Source of the DNA: Gammaproteobacteria bacterium
GTDB lineage: Bacteria > Pseudomonadota > Gammaproteobacteria > Eutrophobiales > Eutrophobiaceae
Reading direction: 5' to 3'
NCBI GenBank assembly: GCA_965116495.1
Contig: OZ220696.1
Location: 1,184,001 to 1,248,000, forward strand
DNA length: 64,000 bases
Positions 10,343 through 19,977 of this stretch are shown piece by piece. Numbering within the stretch: position 1 is the stretch's first letter; each line of letters starts with the position of its first letter. The translations under genes and the position numbers were made by a program. Under the pieces are notes generated by a model that worked only from the letters and a program-made list of their open reading frames with translations, was not told the DNA's origin and did not search any database.

Positions 10343-10668
10343 GTTCTAATCTCAACTTTTAACCAGTCACCGTATAACCGTCTCAAGGACAGCCCGGGAT
10401 GGTCTGCAGGGACGCTTAAATGCAGGTTAAGGTTATCATCAGTTTGTACCTGCCTTTGCATACAGCCGATCAGTGTTTCATCTTCATCGTTCTGTACCCG
10501 CAGGTACCACCTTACCACCCGATTACGGAACCAGCTTGAACGATCGGACTCAAACGCCGTGAAGAACCAGCTATATTCATCATCGCTGGGCGTCGCCATC
10601 CCGGAAAAAATGAGTATCTCACCGTTAACATGCTCATACAGAAAATAGACCAGGCCGCCATGTACCAT
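10339..10668 (-). pseudogene. Probable orphan C-terminal fragment of a VanA-like Rieske oxygenase
   Basis: TP.....SWFF, QNDED....MQ and LSVPADHPGLSLRRL resemble the catalytic-domain C-terminus; no Rieske domain; frame stays open into the upstream lrp gene. Confidence 0.5.
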
Positions 10669-10702
10669 GAGTTTTTTATATACGCCACTGAAACTCTGCC
10701 GG

Positions 10703-11197
10703 CTATTGTAATGATGGTCTGTTATAAACCAGTTTACGGGTTTCCAGGATAAGATTAAGTTCCGTAGACTTTATTTCCGGGATGTTCCTTATCTGGCGTA
10801 ACACGGATAACAGTTCATCGTAATCCCTGCACACCAGTTCGGCCATCAGGTCAAACAATCCGGCCGTCAGGATGACATATTCAACCTGTTTTATGGCTGC
10901 AAGCCGGTCGGCGACCTCAACAAAATCGCCATCGACTTTCATGCCCACCGAAGCCACCGCGTTCAAACCCAGCGCCTTTGGGTCCATTACCGCGGTTATC
11001 TGGCAAACCTTGTCTTTAACCAGCCGGTTCACCCGCTGCCTGACCGCGGCTTCCGATAATCCCACTATCTCGGCAATGGCCCGGTACGGCATGCGCCCGT
11101 CATTGCGTAGTTCCGTGATAATGCCTATGTCATGCTCATCGAGCAAACCATGAAGGTTTTCAGCAGATTTCCTGCCGCGGTTTATATTTTTCGGCAT
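10703..11197 (-). CDS. Lrp/AsnC family transcriptional regulator
   Basis: LDEHD..II.EL..DGR.PY..IA..VGLSEAAVRQRVNRL HTH; AGLFDL. Confidence 0.93.
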   Translation of the reverse strand: MPKNINRGRKSAENLHGLLDEHDIGIITELRNDGRMPYRAIAEIVGLSEAAVRQRVNRLVKDKVCQITAVMDPKALGLNAVASVGMKVDGDFVEVADRLAAIKQVEYVILTAGLFDLMAELVCRDYDELLSVLRQIRNIPEIKSTELNLILETRKLVYNRPSLQ

Positions 11198-11332
11198 TCA
11201 GTTCTCCACCGTTCGCTTTAAGATACTGATATTATAGCTTAGCAAGCCGACTGAATCCGTAGTCAAATGCAGAATAAACTACTATTATCGTAAAGCCGAA
11301 CGGAATATATAGAACTTGATATCGAACGTCTG

Positions 11333-12337
11333 ATGGAAATATCAACGCTGATGGTAGGCTGGGGCTGGAACTACGAGCAGCTTCGGGCCGGGTGGTTGGA
11401 AATCGAGGAACTGGGTTACGACGCCTGTTATATGGGAGACGATTTGTTTCCCCATTACTTTGACGATGACCCTGCCAATGCCCAAGCCTCGGTAGAAGTT
11501 TACGATCCCTGGACGGTCCTGCCGGCCATGGCGGAGACAACACAGCGCATGCGCATCGGACCACTGGTCTCACCTTGCGGCCGGCGCCATCCGGCGCTGT
11601 TTGCCAAGATCACAACGCTGGTGGACATTATCAGTGAAGGCAGGTTGACGGTCGGCATGGGTGCCGGTAACTCCCCGGACCAGACCCGGGCCGTGGGTGA
11701 ATCCTATCTTGGTGCGACTGAGCGCAGCGCAAAGCTGGAGGAGGAAGTCCGGATACTGAATTCCCTGTGGACCGAGGAACGCACTACTTTTGAAGGCAAG
11801 TACTACACCGTGAAAAACCTGGTCAATTTCCCCAAACCGGCCCGCCGGTCCGGTCCGGAACTCCAGATCGCATTCAAGAGCAGGAAATTCCTCACACGTC
11901 TCGCCGCAGAGTTTGCCGACCGGGTGAATCTCCTTGGCACGGATGATGAAAAGGTAGTGGAGGCATTGAATACACTGAAAACCCATTGCGAAGATTTAGG
12001 CCGGAATTATGACGAGATAAAAAAAGGCCGGCTCGCCGCCATTTTGTTTACGGAGAGTGAAGTCGGATCCGATGAACTGGATCACGTCCTCGAGGAACGC
12101 GCCGCCCGGATCAACTATGACCCCGACGAACTCAAACGGGAACACAAGGGGTTTGTGCTTTCCTATGTCGGTCCGGTCAGTACCTGTGCTGCGGCATTGC
12201 GCAAACGTACCGTCGATATCGGCGTAACGGAACTCGTGATCTGTCCCGATACGGTCGGGGAAAATTCCTACGAGCGGACCATGGAAGGACTGCAAATATT
12301 CGCCCGGCAGGTGATGCCGCAGTTGAAAGCCTTATAG
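11333..12337 (+). CDS. LLM-class flavin/F420-dependent oxidoreductase
   Basis: EELGYD, RHPALFAK..VDIISEGRLTVGMGAG, FEGKYY...PKP. Confidence 0.9.
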   Translation: MEISTLMVGWGWNYEQLRAGWLEIEELGYDACYMGDDLFPHYFDDDPANAQASVEVYDPWTVLPAMAETTQRMRIGPLVSPCGRRHPALFAKITTLVDIISEGRLTVGMGAGNSPDQTRAVGESYLGATERSAKLEEEVRILNSLWTEERTTFEGKYYTVKNLVNFPKPARRSGPELQIAFKSRKFLTRLAAEFADRVNLLGTDDEKVVEALNTLKTHCEDLGRNYDEIKKGRLAAILFTESEVGSDELDHVLEERAARINYDPDELKREHKGFVLSYVGPVSTCAAALRKRTVDIGVTELVICPDTVGENSYERTMEGLQIFARQVMPQLKAL

Positions 12338-12341
12338 ATAC

Positions 12342-13493
12342 TCATCGTTGCACATACCTGAAAACCGGCCGATTCAACACCACCAGCATTAAGCCCAACG
12401 CCCCCAGGGTCAGCGCACCCGCAAACCACCCGACCGCCTCATATCCTGATTGCGCGGCCAATGCCCCGGCTATGATTGGACCGAATGCCAGGCCGAACGA
12501 TACGACGGGTGCGGACAGGGTGGTCCAGGCGCCGGATGTGTCGATTTCGGCCAGGGCGCCAAGGAAATAGGGATAGAGAAACAGGATGGTAAAGTTCAGA
12601 GGTAACAGACAAATAACATAGGTCTGCATGCTGGATGCGTGGGTGAGCCCGATAATAGAACCTGCGAGAAGTATAAGTCCTGCACTGAAGGGCAGGATAC
12701 GGCCATAGCGGACATTAACCAGAATGGCAATGACCGGTCCTGCGAGCCCGAGACCTGTCCCGACGCCAAGCAGCAACCCGATCGTTGTGGGTGAGAGACC
12801 TACCCGGTCACCCACACGTTCGCTGAATAACCAGACACTGAGGTCTGCCAGGGAAAATAACAGGAATGCCAGCAGGATCAGGATTCCCAGCGGCAGATGT
12901 GGAAATCTGGTGAGCGAAGATTTCCGCTTATCAGGCTTTTCTGCAACCGCGCGTTCCGGTAGAAAACTCAGAAAATAGCCCGTGAGCAGTACCACCGCAA
13001 GGACCAGGCACATGCCGGCGCGATAATCCCAGTGTACTGTCAATTGGGGTATCGCACTCACGAGAAGCATTGTGGCCGAACTGATGGCCAGTTGCGCTAC
13101 ACCAAAGATGCGTTCTGAATTGGCAGCCGTTGCACCCGCTGAGTTCGCAGCGCCCAGCACCAGTCCCTCGCCAAGCCCGATGACGAAGCGCGCAAGGGCG
13201 AACTGCCAAAGCTGCATGGAAACCAGGGCAACCAGGTATCCTGCGATAATAGCCAAAAGACCGAAAAGTGAGAAACGTCGAATATTTAGTACGGTTCCCT
13301 TTCCGGCAAACCAGACTGAAGCAATGGCAAGAGCCAGCATTTCCAGGCCGAATAACGCGCCAATTCCGGTATCCGTCAGGTTAAACCGCTCCATGAGCGG
13401 GCCGACGAGGACTACAAAACTGTATAGTCCTGCGTAGCCCACGACGTAGCCCGCGGCTACGCCGGCAGTCGATCGTAAGTGAGAATATTCCAT
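12342..13493 (-). CDS. MFS transporter
   Basis: About 12 hydrophobic segments; similar type to the MFS at 6033-7208 (W.FSER.G). Confidence 0.85.
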   Translation of the reverse strand: MEYSHLRSTAGVAAGYVVGYAGLYSFVVLVGPLMERFNLTDTGIGALFGLEMLALAIASVWFAGKGTVLNIRRFSLFGLLAIIAGYLVALVSMQLWQFALARFVIGLGEGLVLGAANSAGATAANSERIFGVAQLAISSATMLLVSAIPQLTVHWDYRAGMCLVLAVVLLTGYFLSFLPERAVAEKPDKRKSSLTRFPHLPLGILILLAFLLFSLADLSVWLFSERVGDRVGLSPTTIGLLLGVGTGLGLAGPVIAILVNVRYGRILPFSAGLILLAGSIIGLTHASSMQTYVICLLPLNFTILFLYPYFLGALAEIDTSGAWTTLSAPVVSFGLAFGPIIAGALAAQSGYEAVGWFAGALTLGALGLMLVVLNRPVFRYVQR

Positions 13494-13583
13494 GCGTGAA
13501 CCTTGCCCTTGAGGTAGTTTGGCTATCATTCTAGTCGAATTGCCCGGATAATTTGCGAAATTCGTTTTTCGGTGTTAGTATTT

Positions 13584-13598
13584 ATACTGAAGTAGTAG
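13584..13598. promoter_or_regulatory. Operator-like motif, copy 3
   Basis: ATACTGAAGTAGTAG between divergent MFS and TonB receptor genes. Confidence 0.5.
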
Positions 13599-13687
13599 GC
13601 ACGTGTGTTCCGGATTCCATTTATTGCGTACACATGGCGGCTATCCTGTAAGGAACGTTGAAGAAATCGCCATCTGAGGGGGAATTG

Positions 13688-16267
13688 ATGAAAACATCAT
13701 CGAAATTTCGCGCTTCCCGAAAGGGTTCCCGCGTCTCTGAATCTGCACGGTTCATCCTCACACCTCTGGCCGCCGGAATCCTGGCGGCAACCCAGGCCCC
13801 TGCCCAGGAGTTGGAGGAGATTATCGTCACCGCGACACGCCGGGCACAGACGGTACTGGATATCCCCTACAACATTTCCGCCTTCAGCGAAGAGGATCTC
13901 AAGAGGGCAGGAACAGCGACGCTGAGTGACCTGACCCGCCTGGTATCCGGACTGTTTACCATCGACCAGGGCCCCGGGGTTCGCGGCGCGAACAATAACT
14001 TCGTGCTGAGGGGACTCAATGCCCAGTCGGGTACGAACCAGCAGGATTTTCCACACCTTTCGGATCCCACGGTATCTACATATCTTGGGGAAACTCCGGT
14101 CTTTTTTCCTATGTCCATCAAGGATATAGAGCGTGTGGAAGTGTTGCGCGGCCCGCAGGGAACCCTGTATGGAGCCAGTTCTGCAGGGGGGACCATTCGG
14201 TTTATCCCAAACCGGCCTGATGCCGGCGCTTTTACCGTGGACGCCTCGTCTGATATCTCCATTACCGATGCGTCCGATGAGGTAAGCTATGGTTTCGACG
14301 CCGTTGTCAATGTGCCATTAGTTACAGACCGCATGGCGTTGCGCATAGCCGCCGGCTACGAAGAGCTGGGCGGTTTTATCGACGGTAACGGCTTTGTTGC
14401 CACCGAGGGCGGTGGTGGTAGTCCCGGTGAATTTCCGGGCAGGCCGACACCGAGGGTGGCGGATGACCTGGCCAGTGGCTTTGTGATCGATCCAAGGAAA
14501 GATACCAATGACTACGATAACTGGTACGCACGGGTATCCGTTCTCTGGCAACCTAACGATAGTTTAGAAGCGCTACTCTCCTACCATCACGAGGAGAGCA
14601 GCCAGGATGACCTGCAGGGAGTAAACCAGGGGTTTACGGGGTGCTTCTGCGACAACAGTGTTCCACAGTTCCCCGGTTCTTTTTTCGAAAACGTTGCCGG
14701 CATTCCCGGCGGAGCCTATCCAGACGGAGCGACCACGTTCCCCGGTAATGACGGTGATTATGCCCATAACAAGATAGCGCCGTCGCCCTACGAGGATGAG
14801 ACGGATGTCGTATCCGCAGAGATTAATGTCAATTTCGGGTTTGCCACGTTTACTTCGGCGACGTCGTATTTCGATACGGAGACCGATTACCTTCGTGTCG
14901 ACAACGGCTTTTACGAAGTCGTTCCCAGTCCGGACAATATCAATCTTGCTTACCTGTACGGTTACTATCCCCGCCTCATGGGTCTCGACAGGGATGTGCT
15001 CAGCAAGGATGGATTTTCCCAGGAGGTGCGTCTGGCCTCCAACTGGGACAAGCGCCTTGATTTTGTAATCGGCGCCTATTACCAGGATACGGATTTCGAA
15101 TGGTTCCTGGATGCGGAATTTCCCGGTTTCAATGAGTTCGACCAGGAGATTCTGGGCGGATACGGCTTCAACCCGCAATTACCCAACAAGGTTTTTGCTA
15201 TTGATTTTGACACCACGTTTGAAAATTTCGCGGTATTCGGCGAGCTTACCTATAGAATCACCGACCAGTGGCAGGTGACCGGCGGGATTCGCGCATTCTG
15301 GCAGGACTTCGAGGCGAAGCTGATACAGACGGTACCATTCTGCGGGCCATACTGCGCAAATGACGGTGAAGATTTACTGGGCACTACCGCAGTCGGGCCT
15401 ATCGGGTCAGACTTTGAAGACCAGTTGTTCAAGGTCAACACCTCCTATGACATCAGCGATGCAATGATGGTGTATTTTACCTGGGCGGAAGGATTCCGCC
15501 GCGGTGGCGCAAATCCCTTCCCCACAGGCGGTTTTTACGCCTCTCTACCGGAATTTCTCACCTATGATCCGGATCAGGTAACCAATTACGAAGCCGGAAT
15601 CAAGGGCAGACTCGCCGATAATGTGACCTATTCACTGGCTGGCTATTACATAGACTGGAATAAGTTTCAGTTCGATGAAACAACACCCGCAGGGCAACTG
15701 GGTGTGTTCAACGGTTCGGAGGCCCGCTCCATAGGAGTCGAACTGGAAGCCAACGGCAGGATAACGGAACAACTCCATTTCAACCTTGGCTACAGCTACA
15801 CGGATGCCGAGATAACTGAAGACTTTGTAATTCGGGACCTAGAGGCTTTTGGTGGAGTGTTCACCAACACCATTGAAGATTCCATAGCGGCATATGATGG
15901 TGATAATTTGCCTAATGTTCCCAAACACTCCTTCTCCGGCGGGCTGGATTTCGAACAACCACTTATGAATAACTGGTTTCTGAACTGGCATGTGGACACC
16001 AGCTTCCGGAGCAAATCGCAATCAACTTTTAACCGGGATGTCCTGTACGGCAGAAACTACTTTGAACCGGATTCATTTTTTATCTGGAATGCGTCGGTCA
16101 CCCTGGATGCCGGCAAATGGAGTGCGAGCATCTACGGCCGGAATCTTTTCAGCGAAGAAGGTATTACCGGCGGCACACCAGCAGGATTTTCCGGCAACCG
16201 GAGCGCCTATGAGTACGTGACCCGGCCCCGGACGATTGGTCTGGCAGTGAGTTACAGTTACAACTGA
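13688..16267 (+). CDS. TonB-dependent receptor
   Basis: Signal peptide, TonB box LEEIIVTATRR, plug motif ERVEVLRGPQGTLYG, C-terminal RPRTIGL. Confidence 0.95.
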   Translation: MKTSSKFRASRKGSRVSESARFILTPLAAGILAATQAPAQELEEIIVTATRRAQTVLDIPYNISAFSEEDLKRAGTATLSDLTRLVSGLFTIDQGPGVRGANNNFVLRGLNAQSGTNQQDFPHLSDPTVSTYLGETPVFFPMSIKDIERVEVLRGPQGTLYGASSAGGTIRFIPNRPDAGAFTVDASSDISITDASDEVSYGFDAVVNVPLVTDRMALRIAAGYEELGGFIDGNGFVATEGGGGSPGEFPGRPTPRVADDLASGFVIDPRKDTNDYDNWYARVSVLWQPNDSLEALLSYHHEESSQDDLQGVNQGFTGCFCDNSVPQFPGSFFENVAGIPGGAYPDGATTFPGNDGDYAHNKIAPSPYEDETDVVSAEINVNFGFATFTSATSYFDTETDYLRVDNGFYEVVPSPDNINLAYLYGYYPRLMGLDRDVLSKDGFSQEVRLASNWDKRLDFVIGAYYQDTDFEWFLDAEFPGFNEFDQEILGGYGFNPQLPNKVFAIDFDTTFENFAVFGELTYRITDQWQVTGGIRAFWQDFEAKLIQTVPFCGPYCANDGEDLLGTTAVGPIGSDFEDQLFKVNTSYDISDAMMVYFTWAEGFRRGGANPFPTGGFYASLPEFLTYDPDQVTNYEAGIKGRLADNVTYSLAGYYIDWNKFQFDETTPAGQLGVFNGSEARSIGVELEANGRITEQLHFNLGYSYTDAEITEDFVIRDLEAFGGVFTNTIEDSIAAYDGDNLPNVPKHSFSGGLDFEQPLMNNWFLNWHVDTSFRSKSQSTFNRDVLYGRNYFEPDSFFIWNASVTLDAGKWSASIYGRNLFSEEGITGGTPAGFSGNRSAYEYVTRPRTIGLAVSYSYN

Positions 16268-16272
16268 CAGGT

Positions 16273-17031
16273 TTGACACGGCTCTGCCCGTTTATGGAAA
16301 TTCAGGTTGTTTCGCATAAGGACCGGCCGGAATTCTCTGGCAGACTCAGTGAATTGGAAGGGGAATCATTTCCTGAATTTCTGCTGCATGACGGCTTCGA
16401 CGAATGCCGCCCGCACCTCTTGGGCGAGTTTGCCCGTTATCAGTTTTACTTCGTTGACAAGGCTACCGGAAACCTGTTAGGCGCGGCCAACGCTTTGCCC
16501 TACTTCCGGCAGGCTGATAAACCCCTGCCGGGATTTCAGCAATTACTGGTCACGTCCCCGGACCAGTTCAGGCGGGGCATCACGCCCAATGTCCTGTGCC
16601 CGATACAGGCCATGGTGGTCGATGGCGCACGGGGCAGCGGAGTCTCTGAACGCATCATCTCCGCTTACAAGGACCTGGCCTCAGCGGATGGCCTTAAGGC
16701 AATCTGTGTCCCGGTCAGACCCACGCTCAAGCCCCTTTATCCCCTGGCGCCGATACAGCGCTACATCACCTGGACACGGGAGAACGGTGAGAAATTCGAT
16801 CCCTGGCTGCGCATGCAGGAGCGCACCGGCGCAGAGTTTACGGAAATCACCCACGATTCAACCGTTATTACGGCTCCGGTTTCCGACTGGGAAGCCTGGA
16901 CCGGGATGAAGTTTCCCGAAAACGGTGAATATATCATTCAGGGAGGTCACACTCCGCTGCTCATCGACCGTGAAAATAATTCAGGAAGATACTCGGAACC
17001 CCATGTCTGGTATACCTACCAGCTCGGTTAA
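16273..17031 (+). CDS. GNAT-like protein of unknown specificity
   Basis: ARGSGVS acetyl-CoA loop; PVRPTLK..YP and DPWLR motifs; start codon uncertain. Confidence 0.7.
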   Translation: MTRLCPFMEIQVVSHKDRPEFSGRLSELEGESFPEFLLHDGFDECRPHLLGEFARYQFYFVDKATGNLLGAANALPYFRQADKPLPGFQQLLVTSPDQFRRGITPNVLCPIQAMVVDGARGSGVSERIISAYKDLASADGLKAICVPVRPTLKPLYPLAPIQRYITWTRENGEKFDPWLRMQERTGAEFTEITHDSTVITAPVSDWEAWTGMKFPENGEYIIQGGHTPLLIDRENNSGRYSEPHVWYTYQLG

Positions 17032-17063
17032 GCAGGCACAGGAAACACCTGGGGTCAGGACAT

Positions 17064-18254
17064 TTGGGGACCATCGAACCATTAAGCTTTGATCCGTTCG
17101 ATACGGACGTGGATGAAGACAAACGTTTCGCAATCTACCGGCAAGCCCGGGACGAGCAACCTGTCATGTTGCACGATGGTCCGCGCCGGATATGGTCCGT
17201 ATTTCGTTACGAAGATATTTTCCGCATCGTCCACGACCATGAAACGTTTCCATCGGTCCCGGAATTCAAAGGCAGCTTCGCGGTGCTGTTTGATGATCCA
17301 CCGCAGCACACCCGCCTGCGCAAGGTGGTGGATGAGACGTTCAGCCGGCGCGGGGTTGAACAACTGCGGGCACGTATAGCGGCGATTGTTGAAGAGCTTC
17401 TGCGTACTGCAATAGAAGCCGGTGAGACCGATTTCTACACCCGGGTAGCGGAATCATTGTTTAGTCGTATCATCAGCGAAATCCTGGGACTGCCCGGAAG
17501 CAATCAGGATACATTTCACCGGTGGTCGGAGGAGATCGTGAAGGTTGATGAATTACACCTGTTCACGGATCCTGATCCCAAGAAAAAATGGGACCTGGTG
17601 TTGCAACCCCTGTACCGGGAAGTCGGCGAATTTCTCACGCCGGCACTTGAACAGCGGCGCCGGTTCCCGGCAGAGGACCTGCTGGGCATACTCGTGCAGA
17701 ATACCCATGCCGGGACAATGCTTACCCGGGAAGAGTTGTATGAATTAGCCATACTGGTCGTGTTGGGCGGACAGGAGGCTGCGCCGCTGTTACTGGCCAA
17801 TGCAATCCTGTTGCTGGATAAATATCCTGCACAGCAATCCCTTTTGCGGTCCGATCCGGACCTGGTTTCCGGCGCCGTCGAGGAGGTGCTGCGCTTCAAA
17901 CCTTCATTCCGTAACGTGGAGCGTTACGTGGCTGCTGATACGCAACTGCATGGCGTTACCCTGAAGAAAGGCGACGTGGTGACGTGCTGGCTGGATTCGG
18001 CCAATCGTGATGAAAGAAAGTTTAAACGACCGGAAGAATTTGATATCACGCGTAAAATTAACGCACACCTTGCTTTCAATCGCGGCATACATATGTGTCT
18101 TGGCCTATTCCTGTCCCGGGTCCTTGCGCAGGAAACCTTGAAGATGTTGATACGCCTGACAGATTCGTTCAAAGTCAGTGGAACACCGGTTCCTTTTCCC
18201 GCACCCAGCCTCAACGGCCCGCAAAACCTCCCTGTAAAACTGATAGCAGCTTAA
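17064..18254 (+). CDS. Cytochrome P450
   Basis: DPPQHTRLR, EEVLR (ExxR), SANRDE, heme motif FNRGIHMCLG. Confidence 0.95.
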   Translation: MGTIEPLSFDPFDTDVDEDKRFAIYRQARDEQPVMLHDGPRRIWSVFRYEDIFRIVHDHETFPSVPEFKGSFAVLFDDPPQHTRLRKVVDETFSRRGVEQLRARIAAIVEELLRTAIEAGETDFYTRVAESLFSRIISEILGLPGSNQDTFHRWSEEIVKVDELHLFTDPDPKKKWDLVLQPLYREVGEFLTPALEQRRRFPAEDLLGILVQNTHAGTMLTREELYELAILVVLGGQEAAPLLLANAILLLDKYPAQQSLLRSDPDLVSGAVEEVLRFKPSFRNVERYVAADTQLHGVTLKKGDVVTCWLDSANRDERKFKRPEEFDITRKINAHLAFNRGIHMCLGLFLSRVLAQETLKMLIRLTDSFKVSGTPVPFPAPSLNGPQNLPVKLIAA

Positions 18255-18337
18255 CCTGCTCAACATTACCCGCGCTGTCTCACAATTCCAATGAGACCCT
18301 GTCTATTCAGAGACTTCAGTGAAATAATGTTCAGGCC

Positions 18338-19942
18338 ATGACACAGGCGCAAACTGCAGAACAAATAGAGCGTATCGTCAATGATGCCATTCAGCACGGC
18401 CGGTTTGATGCTGCAATTGCGCAAAGCCGGGAACTGGCAAGGGTTGAACCCGGTAATGCACTCGGCTGGTTTTTATTGGGGCGGGCAACCCGGCTGTGCG
18501 GAGATATAAAAAAAGCATCTGCATTCCTTGAGAAAGCCGTCAGCCTTGATGCCAATAATGCACAGTCATTACTGGAACTGGCTTACTGCTATTTTGGCCG
18601 CGGCCTGTCGGCAAAAAGCCTTGAAGTGCTTGATCGGATGGAAAAACTGGAAACGGATGATGCAACCACGTCAGGGCGGGCTGCGATGTTATACAACCAG
18701 TTGGGGGAACACTCAAAACCCCTCGCCTTGTTTCAAAATGGACTGACAAAACAACCGGATACGGCCTGGTTACATTTTGGTTTGGCAGAAACACTGCGTT
18801 TCAATGGTGACTTTGTCAAGGCAGAGGCGGAGTATAACGATGCGCTTCGATGTGATGAGCATTGCTATGAGGCATATTATGAACTGGCAAATCTGCGTAC
18901 CTACACCAGAGAAACCAATCACACCAGGAAAATTGAAGCCCTGTTGAATAGTGGAGTACGATCCAAGCGCAATGCTGCAAAGCTTTTGTACGCCCTGGCA
19001 AAGGAATATGAAGATTTTGGAGAGTATAAACGCGCGTTTATAAATATGGTGCGCGCCGGGGAGCTGCTGGCCCAGATCAATAAGTATGATGTGAATTCCG
19101 ATGTCGGTTTCTCTAAAGAAATGGCTGATGCCTATTCAAAGGAATACGCCGACGCAAATACTGTTGCCGGTGGATTTGAAAGCGAAGTCCCGATATTTAT
19201 TACAGGCATGCCCCGTACGGGCACAACGCTGGTCGAACGTATTCTGGGCAGCCACAGTAAAGTATATCCTGGCGGGGAACACCTGGGCCTTGTCACACAA
19301 TTGCATGAACTTATCCCGGAGGCTGAATATGCGTCAGGGGGATTGGTCTTTCTCAGTAAGGACCTTATCAGACAATCAACCCGGCTCGATCATAAGCAAC
19401 TGGGGGTGAAATATATTGAATCTTTACGCTGGCGCATTAAAAATCATCCGTATTTTACAGACAAACTACCCATCAATTTTTATTACATCGGCCTCATCCG
19501 GCAAGCGCTCCCGCATGCCAAAATTATTCATTTGACGCGCAATCCAATGGATACGTGTATCAGTAATTTCAAACAATATTTTACTGAAGGAGCGTACCTG
19601 TTTTCGTACAGTTTAGAGGATTTGAGCGCCTACTATATGGCTTATCGCCGTCTTATGGATCACTGGCACAATGTGTATCCCGGTGTGATTCTTGACGTGA
19701 GCTACGAGGGTCTTGTGAATGATATTGAAGGCGAATCCAAACGTATACTGAACTATTGCGGCCTGGATTTCGAACCGGAATGCCTCAGCTTCTACGAGAA
19801 CAATACGCCAACGACCTCTCGCAGCGCGCGCCAGGTGCGCGAGGCTGTCTACACTTCATCCGCCGGTGGCTGGAAGCGTTATGAAAAATATCTCCAGCCG
19901 TTGGTTGCACACTTCCGCGCGAATGGAATTCCTATCAATTGA
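18338..19942 (+). CDS. TPR-containing sulfotransferase family protein
   Basis: TPRs; PIFITGMPRTGTTL, DKLPIN, RNPMD, YEGLV. Confidence 0.92.
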   Translation: MTQAQTAEQIERIVNDAIQHGRFDAAIAQSRELARVEPGNALGWFLLGRATRLCGDIKKASAFLEKAVSLDANNAQSLLELAYCYFGRGLSAKSLEVLDRMEKLETDDATTSGRAAMLYNQLGEHSKPLALFQNGLTKQPDTAWLHFGLAETLRFNGDFVKAEAEYNDALRCDEHCYEAYYELANLRTYTRETNHTRKIEALLNSGVRSKRNAAKLLYALAKEYEDFGEYKRAFINMVRAGELLAQINKYDVNSDVGFSKEMADAYSKEYADANTVAGGFESEVPIFITGMPRTGTTLVERILGSHSKVYPGGEHLGLVTQLHELIPEAEYASGGLVFLSKDLIRQSTRLDHKQLGVKYIESLRWRIKNHPYFTDKLPINFYYIGLIRQALPHAKIIHLTRNPMDTCISNFKQYFTEGAYLFSYSLEDLSAYYMAYRRLMDHWHNVYPGVILDVSYEGLVNDIEGESKRILNYCGLDFEPECLSFYENNTPTTSRSARQVREAVYTSSAGGWKRYEKYLQPLVAHFRANGIPIN

Positions 19943-19977
19943 TAGTACGGTCGTCAAGCGGCCGCGAATATATTAGT

